The notes below the pieces were generated by a model, which had not been told where the DNA came from, ran no database searches, and worked only from the letters and a program-made list of their open reading frames with translations. DNA of 64,000 nt from Methanotrichaceae archaeon (lineage in GTDB: Archaea; Halobacteriota; Methanosarcinia; Methanotrichales; Methanotrichaceae): NCBI GenBank assembly GCA_963803145.1, contig CAWDLW010000008.1, positions 192,001 through 256,000 on the forward strand, read 5' to 3'. The stretch's first letter is position 1. Every line of letters begins with the position of its first letter. Positions 57,630 through 64,000 of this stretch are shown piece after piece. A program made the translations under genes and the position numbers.

Positions 57630-60482
57630 TTACTCAATATATATCGCCGGCCTCCCCGGCTCCGCCTGCTTGCTCTTCCCCATAGGATCGGCCCCCGGCT
57701 GGTCCGCCGAATATACTTCCACCGGCACACCAAGCACGCCCTGGAGGTAATCCTTCTCCCTGGAAAGCGTCTCGAACTCATCCAGCTTAAGATCCGTAAT
57801 GCTCAGCGAATGTGCAGACTTCGCCAGCTTCTGGGCATACTTCGGAGCATCCTTCTTGTGCTGAGATATCACAGGATCCGACATCGCAGACTTCATGAGC
57901 GCGCTCATGTCCAGCTTGCCGTTGCCATGCAGAGTGATATCGGTGGCCTTTGCAAGCAGCACACGCTTCCACTCGGGCGTTGTATATAGTGTGATCTTCT
58001 TCGGCACGCTCTTGGTCAGGCTCAGGATCTCCTCGATATCCTTCTGCGTCTTCTCCAAAAGCTCCTCCGCCTGCTCTGCCTGCTCGTCGATCAGGTTCTT
58101 GTCCACCGCAGGCCAGGGCGCAAGCGAAACATAGCCCTCTCCAAGCCCGGCTGACCAGATCTCTTCGCAGACGTGCGGCGTAAACGGTGACATCATCCTG
58201 ACCCAGGCATTGAGAACCTTTCGAAGCTGGTTATTGCCTCCACGGCGCTGATACCAGCGCAGATCGTTGTAGAGCAGATAGAAGGCATTCTGCAGCGCAT
58301 GGCGTGTCTGAATATTCTCCATGGCAGCCGTCGCATCCTGGATGTGCCTCTGAAGGCGTGACAGCATCCAGCGGTCGATGAGTGTAAGCTCTGCATTCTC
58401 ATCGATACTGCTATCGTCCAGGATTTCACGAGCAAGGTTGTAGAACCTCTCAAGCTGGCCTCGTGTGGATTCGACGCCCTCGTTCCTCCAATCGACATCC
58501 TGAGTGTATTCGGCGTTCGCAAGGATGTAGAGCCTTGTCACATCTGCGCCGTTATCGGCCACTGCCTGCCTCAGCGTGAGCAATGGCCCTTTGGACTTGG
58601 ACATCTTCTCGCCCTCGAGTGACACGAAGCCGTTGATCGCCATAGCCTTCGGCCAGAGCGATTCAGGGAAGATCGCAACGTGATGGTAGAGGAAGAACAG
58701 CAGGTGGTTTGCTACCAGGTCCTTACCGGATGTTCTGAGGTCTACCGGATACCAGTAGGCGAAGTCATTTCGGATCTGCTTGACTGTATCAAGAGGGATT
58801 CCCGTTATCTTTGCGACTTCCTCAGCCGTTCCGTGGTCTAGGAATATGAACTCGAAGAACTCAGGCGGGAGAGTATCTATCTTCATCCCTGCGTTCACAT
58901 ACTTCGCCAGGATGTAGTAGGCCATGTAAATTGTCGAGTCGCCCAGGGATTCAATAAGCCATTCTTTATCCCATGGCAGATGCGTGCCCAGTCCTTTTCT
59001 GCGGGCGCAGGCCTTGTCCTTCAGCCAGTCCACCTTGTTCTCGAACTCAACACGAATCTCGTCTGGGGTCAGCCTCATCTTTGCAAGGCAATCAAGAACT
59101 CTCTCCTTCCACTCAGGATCAGAGTACTCGAGGAACCACTGGTCTCGAACCATCATAATTACACAGCGTGTCCCGCAGCGGCAGATGACTGGAGTCTCGC
59201 TGAACTCATAAAAGATCTCGGCTATGCCATCCCTCATGAAATCCTTGAGAAGAACATCTTTGATCTTGCTTACCGCCATGCCGGCATACGCTCCTGTGTT
59301 CGCCTTGAGGACGCCGTTATGGAACTCTCGGCGGTAGACAAGCTTCGTTGCCTCCTCTGCTTTTGGATCATGCTGATTCTTTATGCCCAGCTCCTTTACT
59401 GCCTCAATGGCTGGGAACTCACCGTATCCCGGGACCTCAATGAGCGAAACGGGCTCAATTTTGAGCTTCTTGATGCCGTACTTGCTCAGCTCTTCGCCGG
59501 TGAGATCCTGCAATGCGAGATAATCGTAAGGTGCATGGGCAGGAACAGACATGACTATTCCTGAACCGCTGTCCGGATCGACGAAGCCTGCCGGAAGTAC
59601 GGGCACCTCTTTTCCTGTCAGCGGATTTGTGACCGTTTTACCAATCAGCTCTCTTCCTGAGATCTCTGCTCCACAGGCCACCTGCCGGTCGGTAAATGTC
59701 AGCTTATCGTAAGCCTCAGGCGATACGATCCATGTCTCGTCGTTGACGCGTATTATCTTATAGTTGATATCGGGGTTGACCCATAGGTTTGTAACGCCGA
59801 AAACAGTTTCTGGCCTCAGAGTTGCGCAGGGCAGCACATCCTTGCCCATCCTGAACTTTATCAGAGCAAAATCCAGAATGGTCGCATCCTCGCCCTTCAG
59901 GATATCGTGATCCTCAACCGGGTTTCTATCATGAGGGCACCAGCGAACAGGATGGCTTCCCTTTACGATATAGTCAAGTCTTCGAAGTATTCCGTACTGC
60001 CATTCGATGAACTTGCTGTATGCAGGATCGGTTGTTGTGAACTCGCGCCTCCAATCGATAGAATAGCCGATGCTCTGCATCGCGAGCTTAGCCTGCCTGC
60101 GGAAGTATATCACTATCTTCTCAGGCGTATTCAGTGTCTTCAGCTCATCCTCTGGTATTCCATGAAGCTTTATGTAAACGTTCCATATCAATGGATCTCG
60201 GTTGGCGATAAGCTCAGAGAGACCCACGATGGGTGTCCCTGTGGCATGAAATGCCATCGGAAAAAGAACGTTTTCTCCCAGCATCCGCCTGTATCTGGCC
60301 ACAGCATCGCCTATCGTAAATGTCCTTGTGTGGCCTGCATGCAAATTTCCGTTAAGATAAGGATAGGGTATGGTCAGCAAGAACTTTTTGCGTGAATCGG
60401 GCTCCGGCTGGAAGACACGGTTTTCCTCCCATGTCCTCTGCCACTTTGCCTCTATCTCATGAGCTGAATATTCTTTGAGCAA
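57630..60482 (-). CDS. leuS: Leucine--tRNA ligase (archaeal type)
   Basis: PYLNGNLHAGH (HIGH), TLRPET editing domain, KMSKS, PGRPAIYIE; TTG start after GGAGG. Confidence 0.97.
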   Translation of the reverse strand: MLKEYSAHEIEAKWQRTWEENRVFQPEPDSRKKFLLTIPYPYLNGNLHAGHTRTFTIGDAVARYRRMLGENVLFPMAFHATGTPIVGLSELIANRDPLIWNVYIKLHGIPEDELKTLNTPEKIVIYFRRQAKLAMQSIGYSIDWRREFTTTDPAYSKFIEWQYGILRRLDYIVKGSHPVRWCPHDRNPVEDHDILKGEDATILDFALIKFRMGKDVLPCATLRPETVFGVTNLWVNPDINYKIIRVNDETWIVSPEAYDKLTFTDRQVACGAEISGRELIGKTVTNPLTGKEVPVLPAGFVDPDSGSGIVMSVPAHAPYDYLALQDLTGEELSKYGIKKLKIEPVSLIEVPGYGEFPAIEAVKELGIKNQHDPKAEEATKLVYRREFHNGVLKANTGAYAGMAVSKIKDVLLKDFMRDGIAEIFYEFSETPVICRCGTRCVIMMVRDQWFLEYSDPEWKERVLDCLAKMRLTPDEIRVEFENKVDWLKDKACARRKGLGTHLPWDKEWLIESLGDSTIYMAYYILAKYVNAGMKIDTLPPEFFEFIFLDHGTAEEVAKITGIPLDTVKQIRNDFAYWYPVDLRTSGKDLVANHLLFFLYHHVAIFPESLWPKAMAINGFVSLEGEKMSKSKGPLLTLRQAVADNGADVTRLYILANAEYTQDVDWRNEGVESTRGQLERFYNLAREILDDSSIDENAELTLIDRWMLSRLQRHIQDATAAMENIQTRHALQNAFYLLYNDLRWYQRRGGNNQLRKVLNAWVRMMSPFTPHVCEEIWSAGLGEGYVSLAPWPAVDKNLIDEQAEQAEELLEKTQKDIEEILSLTKSVPKKITLYTTPEWKRVLLAKATDITLHGNGKLDMSALMKSAMSDPVISQHKKDAPKYAQKLAKSAHSLSITDLKLDEFETLSREKDYLQGVLGVPVEVYSADQPGADPMGKSKQAEPGRPAIYIE

Positions 60483-60502
60483 GTTATCCCTCCAAAAGGG
60501 AA

Positions 60503-60589
60503 TTAGCAAATGACTATCAGATACTTAGCAGATACTTTTAGACTCAGCAGATGCTGTTGGACTTAGCAGATACCTTTATTAGCATATGC
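60503..60589. repeat. Degenerate direct repeats of (GAC)TTAGCAGATAC, about 5-6 copies
   Basis: ACTTAGCAGATAC 60523-60535, GACTCAGCAGATGC 60541-60554, GACTTAGCAGATAC 60560-60573, plus weaker copies. Confidence 0.7.
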
Positions 60590-61745
60590 TTTTGAGCGTC
60601 TTCATCTTCTCGAGCCTTGTGACAGCCGCTTCAATTCTATCAGTCGGCTGGGTAACTGAGAACCTTATGTAGCCTTCACCATACTGGCCGAAGCCCACGC
60701 CGGGGGTGGCTACTATTCCAGTCTCCTCAAGCAGGCGCTGGCAGAATGCTACAGAATCTCCTCCAACCCAAGCCCATAAATATAAAGTCGCCCTCGGCTT
60801 CTGGAGCTTCATGCCTAGATCCACCAGACATTTGTAGAGAACATCGATTCTGTGCTGGTAAACCAGGCGTATTCCTTCAACAATCTCTTTAGGGCTGTTA
60901 AGTGCTGCAATTCCTGCATCCTGAACAGCACCGAAGTTGCCGGAATCTATATTGCTTTTGATCTTGCCGATGCCTGCAACGATTTCGGCATTTCCGACAA
61001 CAGCTCCTGCTCTCCAGCCTGTCATGTTGTAGGTCTTTGATAGGGAATGGAACTCTACAGCCACATCCTTAGCTCCGTCGATCTCAAGGATGCTCATAGA
61101 TTTATTATCATCATAATATACTTCTGAATATGGATTATCGTGCATTACAATCAGATTATGTTCATGTGCAAATTCCACAAGCCTCTTAAAGAACGCCCTA
61201 TCGGCTGATGCAGCTGTCGGGTTGTTTGGATAGTTGAGGAAGATCAGCTTCGCTTTCCTGGCAATAGCAGGATCGATTGCATCCAGGTCCGGCAGGAATC
61301 CATTCTCCCTAAGAAGCGGCATTATGACAGGAATTCCTCCAGCAAACTGAACCGAGGTCCTGTATACAGGATAGGCCGGATCTGGAACCAGGGCTGTATC
61401 GCCCTGATTTATGAACGCCAGAGGCGCATGAGCAATGCCCTCCTTTGAGCCGATCAGAGTGAGCACCTCAGTCTCAGGATCGAGACTTACACCAAAGGTC
61501 TTTTTATACCAGTCTGCCACGGCGGTCCTGAAGGAGAGCTTTCCGGAATAGGATGGGTACTGATGGTTTATAGGGTCCCTGGCAGCCTGGTTTAACGCCT
61601 GGACTATATGAGATGGTGTGGGCATATCAGGATCGCCGACACTGAGATCGATCACATCCACACCTCTTCCTCTTGCCTCCTGTTTTGCCTTATCGATTGC
61701 TGCAAACAGATACGGTGGAAGGTGTTTTATCCGATCGGCATACAT
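60579..61745 (-). CDS. dapL: LL-diaminopimelate aminotransferase / class I PLP aminotransferase
   Basis: LPPYLFA, GSKEGIAH, NYPNNPT, DNPY, SLSKTYNMTGWR, PGVGFG..GEGYIRFS. Confidence 0.85.
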   Translation of the reverse strand: MYADRIKHLPPYLFAAIDKAKQEARGRGVDVIDLSVGDPDMPTPSHIVQALNQAARDPINHQYPSYSGKLSFRTAVADWYKKTFGVSLDPETEVLTLIGSKEGIAHAPLAFINQGDTALVPDPAYPVYRTSVQFAGGIPVIMPLLRENGFLPDLDAIDPAIARKAKLIFLNYPNNPTAASADRAFFKRLVEFAHEHNLIVMHDNPYSEVYYDDNKSMSILEIDGAKDVAVEFHSLSKTYNMTGWRAGAVVGNAEIVAGIGKIKSNIDSGNFGAVQDAGIAALNSPKEIVEGIRLVYQHRIDVLYKCLVDLGMKLQKPRATLYLWAWVGGDSVAFCQRLLEETGIVATPGVGFGQYGEGYIRFSVTQPTDRIEAAVTRLEKMKTLKSIC

Positions 61746-61854
61746 TTACATTCTCTCCATGGAAGACGCATATATACGATGGCACTCCATTTAAATACAG
61801 TTCAGCACTTCCGCAGTTTAGTATTGTCATGTAGTATTTAAGATTAGAGGAGCA

Positions 61855-63954
61855 ATGCTCGAAATAAAAGATCTGAAAACCTGGCTTCCCAAGGAAGTAA
61901 TTCAGCTTTATGAGGCGCGGGGCATAACTGAGCTCTACCCGCCCCAGGCGGAGGCCGTAGAGCGTGGCCTGCTGGATGGCAAGAGCATGCTTCTTGCGAT
62001 GCCTACGGCAGCAGGAAAGACACTCCTCGCTGAGCTGGCAATGCTTGTCTCAGCCCTTAAGGGAAAGAGGTCTCTGTACATAGTACCTCTGAGAGCATTG
62101 GCCTCTGAAAAGTATGATTCATTTCGAAGATTCAAGGATCTTGGAGTCGATGTTGGTATCAGCACTGGTGACTTCGATAAAAGGGATGAGCGGCTGGGGA
62201 AAAACCAGATAATAATAGCAACCTCAGAGAAGGCAGATTCTCTAATCAGAAACGGCGCAAGCTGGATTCGGGATATCGGAGTTTTGGTAGTAGATGAGAT
62301 TCACCTTCTCAACTCTGCCAATCGTGGCCCAACTTTGGAGATGACGATAACAAAGCTGCTGCGGCTGAATCCCAAAATGCAAGTTATCGGCCTCTCCGCG
62401 ACGGTCGCCAATGGACAGGAGATTGCTGATTGGCTCAATTCTGATCTAGTCTCAAGCGATTGGAGGCCCATAAAGCTTAGAGAAGGAGTCATCTGCAACG
62501 GAAAGCTTGTTTTCCCCGACGGAGAGTCAGAGCTCAAGGGCAAGGATGAGGCGTTGGCCTTAGTTAAGGATACGCTTTCTCAGGATGCACAGATATTAAT
62601 CTTCGAAAGCAGTAGGCGTAACGCAGAGGCGATGGCAATACGGCTATCAGGCGAAATATCAATCGCTGATCCAGAGCTCGAGAAGCTTTCTGAGAGCATT
62701 CTTGGAACAGGCGAGAGCGAGACCTGCCGAAGGCTCGCTAATTGCGTTTCCCGAGGCGTCGCATTTCATCATGCGGGTCTTTTGCCTGAGCAGAGGAGGC
62801 TCGTTGAGGCAGGGTTTAGAGAGGGAAATGTGAAGATCATCGCCAGCACTCCCACGCTTGCTGCCGGCCTGAACCTTCCGGCACGCCGAGTGCTGATAAA
62901 AAGCTATAAACGCTATGAATCAGGCCTTGGGATGGTTCCAATTCCAGTAATTGAGTACCGCCAGATGGCAGGGCGTGCAGGCAGGCCGGGGCTCGATCCC
63001 TTCGGAGAGTCGCTCCTCATAGCGAAAAATGACTCTGAACTTCAGGATGTGACTGAACGTTATATCTTCGGACAGCCTGAGGATATCTGGTCGAAGCTTG
63101 CATCCGAGAGCGCGCTTAGAACTCATCTGCTGGCCACAATCACAGCAGGCTTCGCTGAAAGCATTTCAGGGCTGAAAGACTTCATATCCACTACATTTTA
63201 TGCTTACCAGCAGGACCCGTGGCATCTTGATATAACCATTGAGAGGGTGTTAGCGTTTCTGGAAGATAACGGAATGATTGAAGGATATAACGGGGACAAG
63301 GGCCTGAAGGCTACACATCTCGGATCGCTTGTTTCAAGGCTCTATATCGATCCATTGAGCGCAGTCATAATGATTGGGAACCTGAAGGATAAAAAGAAGC
63401 CGGCAGATCTGACTTTAATTCACCTCATAACCATGACCCCTGACATGGAGCTTCTCTACGTCCAGGCTGCAGATCGCTGGATTGAGGAATTCATCGATGA
63501 CAATCAGGAGGTTCTGAATGAGGAGGAGAACTACGACTTTCTCCTTCGGGAGGCCAAGACAGCTGCTATGCTGATGGATTGGATCAGTGAGATTAAAGAA
63601 GAGGAGATCAGCGATAGATACCACATTGGCCCTGGCGACATCCGCAGATCTGCAGAAACTGCAGAGTGGTTAATGCATTCTCTATCAGAGCTATCGAAGC
63701 ATTTGAGCATCGGGTTAACTTACAAGGCTGAGCAGCTGGCTCTGCGGATTCACTATGGAGCAGGTCCTGATTTGCTTTCGCTGATCGATCTGAAGGGCAT
63801 CGGCAGGGTCCGTGCCAGAAAGCTTTACCAGGCCGGATACACGAATATTGAGAAGCTGAAGGCGGCAAAGCTCGAGGATATCAGTCAGATAATTGGACCG
63901 AAGATCGCTGAAAATGTCATGGCACAGCTTAAACGAGAGGAGATCACGCTTTGA
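61855..63954 (+). CDS. hel308: Ski2-like DEIH helicase Hel308
   Basis: LYPPQ, PTAAGKT, DEIH, LSAT, HHAGL, TLAAGLNLP, QMAGRAGRP, C-terminal HhH GIGRVRAR. Confidence 0.96.
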   Translation: MLEIKDLKTWLPKEVIQLYEARGITELYPPQAEAVERGLLDGKSMLLAMPTAAGKTLLAELAMLVSALKGKRSLYIVPLRALASEKYDSFRRFKDLGVDVGISTGDFDKRDERLGKNQIIIATSEKADSLIRNGASWIRDIGVLVVDEIHLLNSANRGPTLEMTITKLLRLNPKMQVIGLSATVANGQEIADWLNSDLVSSDWRPIKLREGVICNGKLVFPDGESELKGKDEALALVKDTLSQDAQILIFESSRRNAEAMAIRLSGEISIADPELEKLSESILGTGESETCRRLANCVSRGVAFHHAGLLPEQRRLVEAGFREGNVKIIASTPTLAAGLNLPARRVLIKSYKRYESGLGMVPIPVIEYRQMAGRAGRPGLDPFGESLLIAKNDSELQDVTERYIFGQPEDIWSKLASESALRTHLLATITAGFAESISGLKDFISTTFYAYQQDPWHLDITIERVLAFLEDNGMIEGYNGDKGLKATHLGSLVSRLYIDPLSAVIMIGNLKDKKKPADLTLIHLITMTPDMELLYVQAADRWIEEFIDDNQEVLNEEENYDFLLREAKTAAMLMDWISEIKEEEISDRYHIGPGDIRRSAETAEWLMHSLSELSKHLSIGLTYKAEQLALRIHYGAGPDLLSLIDLKGIGRVRARKLYQAGYTNIEKLKAAKLEDISQIIGPKIAENVMAQLKREEITL

Positions 63955-64000
63955 AGTGGCTAACGGATATTTTCCATAAGAAACCTTCTGATAAAGCAGG

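Noticed and set aside
60503-60589. CRISPR-like array
   Set aside because: Units are only 11-14 bp with 0-6 bp between them; no spacers and no cas genes
1-64000. tRNA/rRNA genes
   Set aside because: No T-loop (GTTCRAATC) cloverleaf or rRNA-like stretch found by eye; tRNAscan-SE would be decisive

Overview
Archaeal chromosomal segment, most consistent with a Methanosarcinales/Methanotrichaceae (Methanothrix-like) methanogen. The taxonomy is inferred from the tandem DUF1608-type S-layer protein, archaeal LeuS, Hel308, CDC48, aTrm56 and split archaeal glutamate synthase. Contents in order: (1) a metal-uptake locus (EcfT/CbiQ, two DtxR/MntR regulators, FeoB) with a secreted 26-Cys repeat protein between them; (2) housekeeping genes (cyclophilin, PRC-barrel, CDC48) and a secreted PAP2/vanadium-haloperoxidase-like enzyme; (3) a ~4.7 kb toxin-antitoxin island in which most toxins are deleted, carrying an AT-rich gene that looks like a catalytically dead MCM; (4) ade, radical SAM, RecJ-like DHH, trm56, ATP-grasp; (5) a nitrogen-assimilation cluster of glnA, three-part glutamate synthase, a Cys-type formate dehydrogenase and two ferredoxin-like subunits, with a shared palindromic operator/promoter module and an adjacent RHH regulator preceded by an NrpR-type box; (6) a TetR-led double ABC exporter operon, S-layer gene, hydantoinase A/HDAC pair, MFS/CPBP cassette; (7) an IS630 nested in a related IS630; (8) leuS, dapL, hel308. 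No rRNA, tRNA or CRISPR array was seen. The best candidate for an undescribed system is the putatively formate-driven glutamate synthase and its regulon. All product calls come from motif recognition by eye, not from database searches.
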